Shown: one piece after another, positions 40,879 through 54,894 of the stretch
How the letters are laid out: the number at the start of each line of letters is the position of its first letter
Numbering within the stretch: position 1 is the first letter of the stretch
Assembly: GCA_051294375.1 (NCBI GenBank)
Contig: CM119263.1
Span: forward strand, 12,627,723-12,691,722
Direction of reading: 5' to 3'
Origin: Paraspadella gotoi
Taxonomy: Eukaryota; Animalia; Chaetognatha
DNA length: 64,000 bases
Position numbers and translations under genes: made by a program
The notes under the pieces: model-generated
Told to the model about the DNA's origin: nothing
What the model saw: only the letters and a program-made list of their open reading frames with translations
Database searches by the model: none

Positions 40879-43856
40879 ATGAAGGGGTTGCTTGAGCTAG
40901 CGGATGTGGATCTGAAATGAGTGGCCGGCGTGGGGACCACGTGGGCGGCGATGTTGTCGAAAAAAAAGCGGCAAGGATGAGGCGATTATTTGAAACGCTA
41001 TTCCTTCTGTATTTAATCAGTCATAAAATCTTCATTAAATTATTAATTTGATCGATCTCTTCGCGATGGATGCTCTCTTGTTTACGCTCTTCGAGGTTAT
41101 TGCATTAAGATAAGATATACTGTTTTTGTGTTTTGAATTAAAACTTGAGAAAAAAAAGGAATTTCTGCTTCTTGCTAATCGTACTAGGTTGAGTCTATCG
41201 ACTCTCTGGAATTAGCAAACTATCCGAACTGTGGGAAATCTTCCGCAAAAATTTCTTTAAACATTTATATGTTATTTACATTTTCTTTATTCAGTATACT
41301 CCTTTTCTATTGTGGAAAGAGATATCATTGTTTTTAATTTCTTTATTAATTAGGGTCGATAAAATTTTTAGTTGTTAACTTATTATTAATTATTTATTTT
41401 TATTATGTATATCAAATCATTTTTCCATTTAATTTAGTTTGATCCTTGTCCGTTCTTTTGTGTATGTGCGTATATATATGAGTATGCGAAAATTTTTCGA
41501 ACACAATAATCTGACTTAAATATTATGTGCCTCAGTCGTACCTTTACACTAAATACGAAATCTACTGTTGTCCCAGAAAGATTAATAAAGTCCTAATTTA
41601 GGTTTCAGATTTTCCGATTAAATCTAAAACTCACCAATTTGATATCGAGTGTGGTTCGCTCCTTAAAAAACTCGAAAATAACTGGCCAATTTTGCGCAGT
41701 GCCCAGAGTAGACGACTTGGGGTCCCAAAATTGGTTTACTGCTAGTCTCACTCCCGAGCACTCGCTTTTTTAAAGTGAATAAAAACAAGAAATGTTGGTT
41801 TTTTACTTTATGTAAATAATTGGTGCTGCTAGTTTTTATGAAATAAGTTAAAAAAATCATCTCTCGTTGAATTATTATGTTTCCTAATGATTTTTAAGAA
41901 ATTAGTAATCTCTATTCATTTTAATAACTACTCTTTCCTATAGATCAAAAAAATTCAAAAACGTTGTGAAGATTTTTCATTTATTTCTTTGGCTCTCAAT
42001 GGCTACGAGTTGACTTTAAAATTCGGTGCCCATTGTTAATTTTTTAATGTAAAACCCCTTTACACCAAAAATACAAATATATTTTCATTCTTTCATCTGG
42101 ATAAATTTTACTTTTAGATACTTTTTATAGATTCTATATTTTTAGTGCTTTCATAATCTTTTAATTAAACTCAAATGCCGTCACAAGTCCATGGTTTATT
42201 TTTAGCGATTCTTTAACTGATTCTCTGATAATGGTCCAAATTTGATATGTTCTTCATATTCTATAGATCATTTTTTATAGAAAGTATTCAGTTTTCTGAT
42301 GATTTTACCTGACGTCACCTTGCATCTATACCATGAAGATAATAAGTTTTTTCCTTGGTTTTGTTTAATAAAAATTACTGAATTTTGCTCACCTACCCCG
42401 TCATGCCTCTATAAAATGTGGGCTTTGATGAATTAAATCGTTTTGATCCCCTTTTCATTTTTTTTATTTATTGTTCATGTGATAATCTCAACGAAACTGT
42501 CCAGGTACTCGTATTGGTTTGAAACGTCAATTTTTACTAATTTTGTTAAAATGATATGCTTTTTGTGGTCGCAGTTGTCAGCATCAAAATAAAAAGTCAG
42601 CGTAGAAAAAGATTTGAACTTAAAACTTTTAATTAATAAAAACGCTAAGTAATTAATTATATATTATTTATTTAACACCAATAATTTCATCTGTTCAATT
42701 TCAAACAAACAATATATATAATATTATATTTTTTTTACCAAGGAAAACATTTTTTATGTAAAAAAAAATCGAAAAACAAAAAAACAAAACAAAAATAAAC
42801 ACACAAAAACAAAAAAACAAACTAAAAGTAGAAAAAAGTCCTAATTTATTGCCAAACGGAGAGATAAAAAGACGGACGGTGGCGGTGGTGATAACCACAG
42901 TTTAATAACATGCCAAAGTAAGTTTAGTTAATCATAAAAAGTCAAAAACAGAAATAGATAGATTGCTTCATGCCAAGGGTCACGAGTGCCGTAATCGTGC
43001 ATTGTTTGAAAAGCCGACTTAACTTCAAATATTCCAATAACATCCTTCCAATTCTTTAAGATGTTTTAAGAGTTTAAAAAAAATACATCTCCCGAATTTC
43101 TTTGTGCACTATCAAACGGACGGACAGAAAGAGGCAGAAAGACCAATTTCTAAAAAAAGGTGCGACTCCCTCAGCAACGGCGACTAAGAAAAATTGTTCA
43201 TATAGACACCATTCCCTTTCATATGTACGTATGATAAAACGTATCAATTTTTCACTTTTTTTGACACGCGGTCTAAACTGTCATTATAAAGCCAGGTCAA
43301 TGAAAGAGAAGAAAAAAAAAAGAACAATCTAGTCAGAAATCCGGCGCTACAGTCATATGCAAAAAATATTTAAAAAATAAAAAAAATCAAAACGTGCCAC
43401 TTTTTAACAGCCTTCAGATTTAAAAAAATATGAAAGTTAAATAAAGTTTATTAATAAATTAAGAGTTTATAAAAAAATGGGCTATCTGTTTAGGGGCTGT
43501 GATGTATTTAAAAAGTAATCTATAGCAAAGTTAAAAGAAAAAAAAAAATCGTTCCCTATATGACTTATTTTTTCTGATGGTTTTTGAACACTCGAGTTCA
43601 CTGATCCTAAGTTACACACATCATTTCCTTTTTTTAAAAAAACTTAATATTTCTTTTATTGTTTTTTGAAATAATTTTATTGAGCATATGTAATTTTAGA
43701 GTTAAAAGCGGCGCGCGTCTTTTTGCACCAGTTGCGTTAAAAACGAAGACGGCTAAGGAGTTTCCAAAAAGCGCCAAATGCTCAATCCGTCAACCTTCTT
43801 CTTTCCTGGCCTCGCCCACGTTCACACCCCAGCTCCGCCATTTTGAATTTTTTTCG

Positions 43857-45045
43857 TCACGGAGCCATCTTGAAGGCGTCGATGATCTCAAAGACCGAGA
43901 CGACGGTTCCGCGAACAATCGCCGCGATCCCGAACACGATGATCACGAAGTCGAGGATGACACGCCAGAAGCAAAAGCCGAGAGAGCCCAGGGCCTTTTC
44001 CGGCCATCTGAAAAAAAAAATTTTGATGATTGATTGCCGGAGATTTAGTGATGAGTCGTTATTAACTGCCAAATATTTATGTTATCTAATAAGATTGTCT
44101 GAATGCCAAATATTATTCTACCTATCTGATTGATTGATAGATTGATTAAAACGGAAACGTTAGTTAGGACGAGTCCTAATTTCTCAATCGATAACTTGGC
44201 GAAAAAAACGTCGTTCACCTCACGAGAAAGTCCACAATGCAGGGAATGATGACAGCCAATGGAAAACCGGCGAGGGCGCCGATGAGGGACATGAATTCGG
44301 CGAGATGAGGCACTACCGAAGCCAAGCAGGCCGTCAACAGAACGCCGCAAAAGCGGAAGAGAACCTCGTATTCCGACGCTTCTCTCGATCCTCGGTGTAC
44401 TGAGCCAANNNNNNNNNNNNNNNNNNNNNNNNNCCAACCCCAGTAGATGATATCAACAGCGATGTAGAACTGAGTTTAGGAATGTGCGAGAAAAAGAAAT
44501 GACTACACGACTATGGTTGAAATGTAAATCACGAAAATTATTTTTTAATGTGAAAAAAATTGACGTAAAATTTCAGGTAATATCCTGGTTCTTACTCTGT
44601 TCGCTCACCTTGTAAAATGAGATCTGGATTGGACCAGAATGCAATATGTAAATTAGTTTTTGATGTTATTGGCGAACCTGAATAGTGTAGTAAGAAGCAC
44701 CATGATTGCGATGATAATTTTTCAGGCGCCTGGTACAGCGGCTGTTGTGGCAAGATTAAGAGTAACGCGTCGCTTTCACCTGCACGAAGGGCGTGAGTTG
44801 TTTAAATTATAATTTTATGATAAACCTATTGCATGTTAAATAAAAGGCATTATTGCTTACGTGCATCCCATACGCGAGAAAACCGAAGAAGCCAAGGGCG
44901 GCGTAAAGCAAAGTGATGAAGACGCTTCCCGTGACTAAAACTCCGTTCCAACCCATCATGTCTTCAGGATTCTCCATCTGCCCTAAAATGAACGTCGAAT
45001 CATAGTGAAATTAAAAATTGAAATAATAATAATAATAATAATTGA

Positions 45046-45139
<94 letters not shown>

Positions 45140-46234
45140 TTAATAATAATAATAAACCTCTTCAACAAGACAAAGGAACAGGTTCAGAAACCCATAACTC
45201 CCCCGATTCACCTTCGAGGGGCAGCACGAATCCGATTCCTTCCAACGCAAAGAGCGTCAAACAAATGCACATCAAGGTTTTTGAAAAGGATCCCGACTGT
45301 GGAAGGTCGGCCACGGAACCCAAGTTTATGGAGATGTTGTAGAAAATAATGACGAGACCAGAGAGAAGGACGACATTGCCCGTCATCGAGATGTACCTGG
45401 GCACAAAAGGGATAAAAAGAATCCAGTCTTCAGTTTAGCAATAGCCAGCAGCAGCATGGTTATCCTCACAGCCTATCCTTTCAGATAGTGGTCGGTTGCA
45501 ACCAGAGTCCATGGATTCAATATCCAATTTTGTTTTCTAATAAAGCGGCGTGTGACAAGTCAGGTCTAAGGTCATTGCCGTGACCGTGGTGACCGACCGG
45601 CCCGAGAAAGAGAAGAAGGAAAGTTATTGTATCTACATCCTAAGTGACAAGTAGACTCGAGACTAATTATTTTGAAGAGCTCACAACGTCACTCCTGTCA
45701 CAGAGTTCGTAAATATCCTCTTACGTGAGCGAAGAGGGACTCTTGATCATTCCCAGAGGAAACAGCAGAACGGAGATGCACCAGATGTAAATGCGTATAT
45801 CGAGCTCTTTTTTCACGTAAAACTCCGTCACCTTCAGGAGAAACCGACGTTTGAAATCCAATACAAGAAAATATAACGCCGTCCAAGTTTTTATTAAAAT
45901 CGACGACCTCGTCGTCACAGTTTGTCAGCGTCATTCAATCACACCTGTTGAACATTTTCAGCGACGAAAAGAATGTAGGCGGAGCAGACGCCGATCTCCG
46001 CCGCCGCCATCGGGATGTTGATACTCANNNNNNNNNNNNNNNNNNNNNNNNNNNNNNNNNNNNNNNNNNNNNNNNNNNNNNNNNNNNNNNNNNNNNNNNN
46101 NNNNNNNNNNNNNNNNNNNNNNNNNNNAAGAGAGAGACTGCAAGCCGCCTCGACACCTGGATCAAGGAAGACAATGGCGGTATTAATGACAATCGACTGT
46201 CTCTCCTTTCTCTCTCTTTCTTTCTCTTTCTCTC

Positions 46235-46327
<93 letters not shown>

Positions 46328-46964
46328 ACTTTTCCTATCTCTCCCTCTGCTCTAACCTGTCCATAGTCCCAAGTAGGACATCCGTGTCCTGTCCTGCAAT
46401 TTCTTGCGGAGATGATCAGCAAGTAGACGCTGATTGAGGTGATGCAACTCCCGTGGCGATGATGACGATCGTTCCGACCATCAAACCGCCAACTATGATA
46501 AAAAAAAAAGCCATAAAATTTTAAAACGAAAAAGAGTTAGGATATTATACACTGTATAATAATACAGTATATTAACTACTGCATAATATAATACAAGCGA
46601 TAAAAAGACTTTTTAAATCCGCTTACCTTGACAGCGTATGGCAACGACAAGAACCCGCAGCAGATGAAGGCCCGTATGAAAGTGCATCAAAGCGGGAAAG
46701 GAGGCCGTGTTGCGGACGATTCGGTCTTCTTCGTTCTTCCGTAGGAACGTGATGCTGAGGCGCGGTCGGAAGCGTATGGAGCGCAAATGCGCAGATCCGC
46801 GAAGACATTCGACGACATGCGTCGCCCGAGGACGTGCGACGCTGATTGGCGGTCATGTTGGAGGAGGCGCCGCCCGCGAGACCGTCGACAGAGAGGCGGA
46901 GTCGGCCTCCGAGGTCGCGTTGCGGAGGATCGACATTGCGAACGGCGCTTTGCCGGGTATGTGT

Positions 46965-47063
<99 letters not shown>

Positions 47064-47612
47064 TGAAAGGTCGTTGTTACAAACGCGGAAAGAATTAAAG
47101 GAATCAAACACGCGTTCTTCCAAATCTTCGTCTCCCTCTCAATTGAAAATGGAATTACTTTTATTAATCCTAATCTCACCGACGCATTTTGGCGACGTCA
47201 GAGACGTTGATTCTTTCCGTGTAGTCTTCTTTTCGGTCGCCGCACGATATTCAAGTCGCTGGCGATGCTCCTCAGAGCTAAAGAATTGTTTATAAACATT
47301 AAAATTGAATTTAAACATACATAAACAAATTATTATTGGCTACGTTATCGCATAACGATCGTAACACCGTTTCACAGATATGTGTTTTTTCAACGCCGCG
47401 CTCAATAATTACATCCGTTTTCCGGCATTGTTGTTGGCGTTGCGACCGCTCCCCCCGCCTTTCCCGTCGAAATCAGCGGCTCGGCCCTCGTTTTCGCCGC
47501 TGTTGTTATTGTTTTTGTTTTGTTTCCTGTCCTTTCGTCTGTCGCCATTCTTGAAGTATTTCGGGCAAAGCGGCAAACTCTCTTGCTCGGTCGCCGATGC
47601 GGTGTTTCCCAT
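43857..47612 (-). CDS. SLC36/AAAP (Aa_trans) amino-acid transporter, multi-exon, interrupted by gaps and indels
   Basis: ALMHFIRAFICCGFLSLPYAVK (one indel corrected); ELDIRIYIWCISVLLFPLGMIKS; LFALEGIGFVLPLE; MENPEDMMGWNGVL; LYAALGFFGFLAYG; VTLNL; QFYIAVDII; VPHLAEFMSLIGALAG..LAVIIP. The start (MGNTAS at 47612) is tentative. Confidence 0.85.
45021..45153. repeat. (AAT)n microsatellite
   Basis: Direct inspection; intronic. Confidence 0.95.
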
Positions 47613-49808
47613 TGCTGCGACAATCAAGTTGGATAAAGTCACATCGGATCATCACTCGTTCTAAAAATACTAACGAGACAACTGACCTATGCGAACAAAA
47701 TTTCATATTTTCCATATTTTTTTCATGTTCACAACATCGATGTCACCTAGAGAACGAGAACGTTTAATTCGAAAAACCCTCGATTAAAATTCAGCACGAG
47801 GTCAGAATTTAAAAGCTTTCTGAAACGTCACGGGCGTCCTCTGCTGACCCGAGCGAGAAACGCGAACATTTCCGACGAAGAAATTTGGATCGAATCGCGA
47901 GATGCGTAGAATTCTTTCTCCTGTCAAAGCAGAATCTACGCAACGGATTTAGAATTCAGTAGCGCAACTTTTAAATCAACATTTCCTATTCAAAATCGAC
48001 GTCATAACTAATAATTATTCAGTAAAAACCTGAAAGGATGTCAGTGGCTCTAATATTTGGCGAATAATCGCTGACGAATTAAATTAATTTTATTAATCGC
48101 TTTATGATTGAACGTTAAATATTGGGCACTATTTTTCGAAAGCACCCCAATATTGTTCGTAATCCATGAATTTAATTTCAACTCTTAAATACAACTTTAA
48201 TGTGAGCTAAAACGATCATTCTTTACCTTCTTTTCTTATGAACTTATGAACTAAGCTTCTGAAACCATAGTGTTGTCAGTTAGCTTGAATTTTTTTTCTG
48301 TTCAACATTCTTCCTCGGTCAAAAAATTCGTTTGTATAAAAAAAAAAAAGAAAATAAAAGTATAAAGAAAAAAAGTTCACCTCTCGCCCCAACTTTGCCG
48401 TCATTCTCTCTCGGGATTTTTAAGGTGATTTTCGCATGTCTCTAAGTCGTTAGATTTCGACAAAATAATTTATCGACGTCGTCGTCGGTGGCGTCGTCAT
48501 CGTCATCGTCGTCGTCGTCGTCATTGTAGTCCTTTCTCCTTTTTTGGTCCGGTGGGTAACTAAAATTGACCATATTTTTTAAAGCCTAGATGTTGAGGAG
48601 AAAAGGGGTGAAAGTTAAATATTTTAACCTAGTTCCAATTAATTTATTTGTTTTAATAATAACTGTTTAGGACACCGAAAAATAAATAATATTTATAATT
48701 ATATTGTTATTATGGTGGTCACTTGAGCTAGCGAGAAAATCATTTGATCTTTGATTCAATTAGGCAATTTGACGAGGTAATCTATTAGAATCTCTATTTC
48801 ATTTCCCATTTACAAAGTAAAAAGTAAAAAACAAAGTAAAAATAAGAGGGAGAAAGAAAGAAAAGAAAAGTAAAGAAATAGCAAAAGTCGTAGAAAGNNN
48901 NNNNNNNNNNNNNNNNNNNNNNNNNNNNNNNNNNNNNNNNNNNNNNNNNNNNNNNNNNNNNNNNNNNNNNNNNNNNNNNNNNNNNNNNNNNNNNNNNNNN
49001 NNNNNNNNNNNNNNNNNNNNNNNNNNNNNNNNNNNNNNNNNNNNNNNNNNNNNNNNNNNNNNNNNNNNNNNNNNNNNNNNNNNNNNNNNNNNNNNNNNNN
49101 NNNNNNNNNNNNNNNNNNNNNNNNNNNNNNNNNNNNNNNNNNNNNNNNNNNNNNNNNNNNNNNNNNNNNNNNNNNNNNNNNNNNNNNNNNNNNNNNNNNN
49201 NNNNNNNNNNNNNNNNNNNNNNNNNNNNNNNNNNNNNNNNNNNNNNNNNNNNNNNNNNNNNNNNNNNNNNNNNNNNNNNNNNNNNNNNNNNNNNNNNNNN
49301 NNNNNNNNNNNNNNNNNNNNNNNNNNNNNNNNNNNNNNNNNNNNNNNNNNNNNNNNNNNNNNNNNNNNNNNNNNNNNNNNNNNNNNNNNNNNNNNNNNNN
49401 NNNNNNNNNNNNNNNNNNNNNNNNNNNNNNNNNNNNNNNNNNNNNNNNNNNNNNNNNNNNNNNNNNNNNNNNNNNNNNNNNNNNNNNNNNNNNNNNNNNN
49501 NNNNNNNNNNNNNNNNNNNNNNNNNNNNNNNNNNNNNNNNNNNNNNNNNNNNNNNNNNNNNNNNNNNNNNNNNNNNNNNNNNNNNNNNNNNNNNNNNNNN
49601 NNNNNNNNNNNNNNNNNNNNNNNNNNNNNNNNNNNNNNNNNNNNNNNNNNNNNNNNNNNNNNNNNNNNNNNNNNNNNNNNNNNNNNNNNNNNNNNNNNNN
49701 NNNNNNNNNNNNNNNNNNNNNNNNNNNNNNNNNNNNNNNNNNNNNNNNNNNNNNNNNNNNNNNNNNNNNNNNNNNNNNNNNNNNNNNNNNNNNNNNNNNN
49801 NNNNNNNN

Positions 49809-49840
<32 letters not shown>

Positions 49841-51370
49841 TTTTTTATTTTCTATTTTTATTTTTTACAAGCTTTTGAATATGGCACAACCATACATGTA
49901 ATGCATCTTGAATACCTTATATTGCGGTCCAACATTGGACTTATTCACTTATTTGCGAAAACAATTTATTGTAGTAGTCACAACCTATCTCGCAACTTTG
50001 AACTGGTTTACGTAAAAATTATTCCTTGCACGATACCAAAAGAGAGAGAGACAGAGAGTTAGAGAGAGAAAGCGAATGAGAGCGAGAAAGAGATAGGGAA
50101 AGCGAGAGAGAGACTGAGAGAGAAAGAGACAGAGATTGAGAGAGAGAGATGGAGAGAGAGATGGAGATAAAGATGGACAAAAAGAGAAAAAATCGTCTGG
50201 TTTCGGCGACACGTTATCCAAAATCAAAATAAAGTTAAAAAGGTAATTAAAAAAAACAAAAAACCAAAAGTCTAAAGAAACTTTGAAAAATATACAATAA
50301 AAAAAATAAGCAAAACAAAAAAAAAAGTCGTAAAAAATCGATTCATCATTCAGTGTTTTTTTTATTTTTATTTGGACGGATTTTTTTTTTTGCTCAAGCG
50401 GAATTTTTCAGAAAAACTTTTTTTATCGATCAACTCTCGTCTTTGCCTCTTATTTTTCTAAGTCAACAATTACCCTCTGTATTTCTACTGATGAATTAAA
50501 AGACTCGAAGTTAATGTATATGTATGTCGTTGTAATTAACGATATTTGTATAATGTTTTCATTGAAATAGTGACAATTCTGGTTTAGATAAATCTAATGA
50601 TGATAATAATGTATGATAATGCTACTGATAATGATCATGTAATGTATATCAGTGTACCAGTTTCATGATATAACGAAATTTTCAACATTACTGTTGAAAG
50701 CCATGTTATCAATGATGATGATGATGACCATGATAACTCCGCATAGAGCCTCATCATTGCTTTCTTAAGCTTGGTTTTGATTACCCGAGGCATAAGGCAC
50801 AAATCCTATAATGAGACGCTTGGACAACAATAGAATTAATCGAACACCAAACAGAAAAAAATAAAACAAATATTCCTTTGTTCTCTTTACTGCTTATATA
50901 AAGGATTGCAAGTCATTAAGCAGTCACAAAAAAAGGTAGATTCCGAAAATGAGAGAAAAAATCAAAGAATTGAAAGAAAAAAGAAAAAACGAAAAAAACT
51001 GATAGAATGAGAGAGAGAGAGAGAGAGAGANNNNNNNNNNNNNNNNNNNNNNNNNNNNNNNNNNNNNNNNNNNNNNNNNNNNNNNNNNNNNNNNNNNNNN
51101 NNNNNNNNNNNNNNNNNNNNNNNNNNNNNNNNNNNNNNNNNNNNNNNNNNNNNNNNNNNNNNNNNNNNNNNNNNNNNNNNNNNNNNNNNNNNNNNNNNNN
51201 NNNNNNNNNNNNNNNNNNNNNNNNNNNNGAGAGATAAAATGCGGAGAGTAAAAAATGCGAACGCCATCCGAGGGCGACACTTGAAAAATAAAGGGAAAGC
51301 AACGAGGGCAAAGAAGAAGACCTTGATCGACTCGAGGTCGTCGATTTGGGGGCGTGGAAGGGAAGGGAGA

Positions 51371-51453
51371 GAGGAAAGGAAAGGAAAGGAAAGGAAAGGA
51401 AAGGAAAGGAAAGGAAAGGAAAGGAAAGGAAAGGAAGTGAAAGGAAAGGAAAG
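51371..51453. repeat. (GGAAA)n pentanucleotide repeat
   Basis: Direct inspection. Confidence 0.93.
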
Positions 51454-52117
51454 GAGAGATGGCGTTAGGACGATAGGTGGATCTGGGGAGAGAGACGTTG
51501 GGAGTTGGTGGGAGGAGGCGTGCGTGTTGAATGAGGGAAAGGAAAGTTTTGATTTTCCGTCGCACGTGAAAACGAGGCTGAAAGGGTTCGGGCAAGAGGT
51601 AAGGAAGACGAGGCTTCGGTTAAGGTAGGGTTAGGGAGTTTGTAGGAGCGAAACTCGAGCGAATCACCGAATCCGCCCACCAACAAGTTCACCGCCAAAC
51701 TCGAAAACAAACGATTTAATGATCTTAAGTCTCGGACGGAAATCGAAAGAAAACGTCTGAGGAGACAGATCGCGCACGAAGAGATAAACAATGACGAAAA
51801 ATCGCCGTCACGTGATGAAGAGGAAGCAGAAAAAAAGGAAAAAAAAAGTCCCATTGAAAAAAAAAATATCTTTTTTCTCTTGAGATTTCATGAAAGGGGC
51901 TCCCAGGAAAAAAAAAAACAACCAAAAAACAGACATGAAACTACTAAAAATGTCAACCCCGTACTCAAAAAGCTGCGATCCCTGAAAAAAAATCTTTAGG
52001 GATATTTATGATTTCTCCGCCAAAGATTGTCACTTTGTACATAAGATATCTCTCTCTCTCTTCTCTCTCTCTCTCTCCTCCTCTCTTCTCTCTCTCTCTC
52101 TCTCTCTCTCCTCCTCT

Positions 52118-52163
<46 letters not shown>

Positions 52164-52177
52164 CTCTCCTTCTCTCT

Positions 52178-52217
<40 letters not shown>

Positions 52218-53687
52218 TCTCGTCTCTCTTTTTATCCTTTTTATTTTTTTGATTCTCTCCCTCCTCCATCCACCCGATTTGTTTGTTTGCTCGCGATGTT
52301 CTTTAATTTTTTTTTTTGAAGGATTCCCCGCGAAAAATCTTTCCCTTCAAGTAAAGTGATCGGCGCCACTTGTCACCTGTTCGTGGGTGGGCACCCGCGA
52401 ATTTGCGCGCCGGGCGTATCTGGCGCGACGTGGCGCCGGGCGAGGCGCCACAGACTCCAATTTTGGCGCGCGAACCGGAAAAAAGGTCGGTGGGCGACGT
52501 AAAAAAAATGATAAAGGGAAAGGAAAGAAAAAGATCATCGTCGGTAAATTAAATGTGTACAATAGATTTTAATAAGTTATCATATCCTATCCTAAAATAT
52601 GGGATCTTATATAAAAATAAAATATTCGATTGTATCCTATTCAAAATGCCAAAATACTGGCGGTTTTTTTTTTGTGTTTATTTTGCTCGAATTAAAAAAA
52701 CCGTATTATTTTATTCAAAACTGCCTCATCCATTCGAAAACTTAAATAATTTTAAATTTAAATAGAAAGTCGAAGCATTGGCTCAAAATTATTTTGGAAA
52801 TATAAATTAACTATAATATTTATTTTGTCAATTTTTTTTGGTACATAGTATCTAACATACAAAAAAGTTACGCCCAAAAATTCAGTAGCCAATACAGAAG
52901 AATGATTGAAAGTAGATTAAGCCAGAACCATGACATGCCACTTCGCATAAATTGGAAAGTGAAAAATAGTGAAATTAACGTTCATCCGAACGCAAATCTT
53001 ATATTAGTACATACGAACGCAAATGTGTTTGAAAAACAAACAAAAAAACTCCACAATCTCAAGGGAAAGAGAAACGTCTCTATTTCATTGGAGAATTGGA
53101 CGGGACCTTCTCTCGCCTTTCCCCTCCTTCTCTCTTTTCCCATATTTTTTCCTCACCATTTTTTTCCTCTTTCAGCCAATATCAAGTTGATAAGATTAAC
53201 TTATAATCACGTTGAGAGCCCCGCCGCCCATGAGCGCCAGAGGAGGTGGGGTTTCGTGTTTCTTGTTTTGTTCATATTGATATTCGTTTTATCGCAGTAT
53301 AAAAGATGTATTTTTATTTCACTTCAATTTACTTCATTCGAATGTATTGTCCGAATCAATTTAATTGTCATTAACGAGCTTGTCTAAAAATTTATAAAAA
53401 TGTCATATCGCGACGAATATACCAGCGGACAGTACAACTTGCGATAACTCTTTGTAAATTTCCTAGCTGCCAATATTCCCTTACAATAACTCCTCTCATT
53501 TTCTCGCCTTCTCCCTCTCTTCTCTTTTTTTCTCTCCCTCCGTCTCTTCAGCGAGAGATCAAAGGGTTTTTCTCATAAATGCGGTGAGGCGTTTCAGCTC
53601 CATGCATTTCCTCGCCTCCGGCACCATAGACTCGTTTCTCTCTCTCTCTCNNNNNNNNNNNNNNNNNNNNNNNNNTCTTCCTCTTCT

Positions 53688-53721
<34 letters not shown>

Positions 53722-53878
53722 CTCTCTGCCTCTCCTCTCTCTCTCCTCTCTCTCTCCTCTCTCTCCTTTTCCCTATTTTTTCCGTTAATATTTTTTCTCT
53801 TCGCGTATTGGAAATGTCGCTCCGGATTTTATTTTTCCCGTACATCAATAACGACGTCTCAGTTCCACAAATTTCATA

Positions 53879-54819
53879 TTTTTCGTCATGTTTACGTATT
53901 AAATTAAGTGGTAGAATCATGTTTTCTTATTTTCGTTTCTAAGTACATGTACTGGGTACACATACATTATTAACTTTTCTTAAAACAACCTTTTTTCCCT
54001 ATTTAACTCTTTGTCTTTGTCTTTCTCTTTCTTCATTTTTAAGCCCAGAACCATATTTTTAATTCCAAAGTTTCTTGGTCATATAAATTTTTTTCGTTTG
54101 ACCACAGATGAAATTGTTGCTTTGTTGCTTTTTTCCCCTCGCTATCGTGGACGAGCGTTTTGTTTTTGCCTGTGCTAAACCGTCAAGATTACTTGAGTGT
54201 CCAATGAAAGTTTTTTATTTGTAATTTTATAGGAGAGCATTTATTTCATTAAAGTAAATGTGCCTCGAAACTCGTAGTTTCTTGTGGAAACACATTGAAT
54301 TTTACACGCTCAACTGAGTTTACTCATTTATCTAATCTATCTATCTATCTAATCTATCTATCTATCTAAACTATCTATCTATCTATCCGTCTATATTCTT
54401 CTCTCTCTCTAAAGCTCTCTCTATGCTCTTGCTTCCTTTATTATAGTCGCACAGCAACTCTAAAGACATATGGTCGTCAGTCGGTTTATCCATATATTAT
54501 GTCAGTCTGTAATACCACTTGATATTTACGTCCTATATTTCCATTAAATACTGCAGCACTTTATTAATTCGTGATAGAACGATTGGTATATTAAGAAATG
54601 CTTTATATATGTTAATTTGTTTCTTTTTTGTGCAGTTAAGTTAGAAAATAAATACGGCGCAATAAGTTGAAATTTTCGTTTCTTTGTTCATCTTTCCTTT
54701 TTACTTTAGGTCAATTTATTTGTTTTTATTTCTTAATATTTTTGTTATCATCGCTGCATTTTTTTGAAAAATGAAAAACGATTGCAAAAAATTTGTAGAC
54801 TCATTTTTAAATCTCACTC

Positions 54820-54894
<75 letters not shown>

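Noticed and set aside
43857-47612. SLC36 gene as a pseudogene
   Set aside because: Frameshifts are 1-bp indels of the kind seen throughout noisy parts of this assembly; the duplicate last exon at 34841 is clean where this copy has offsetting indels.
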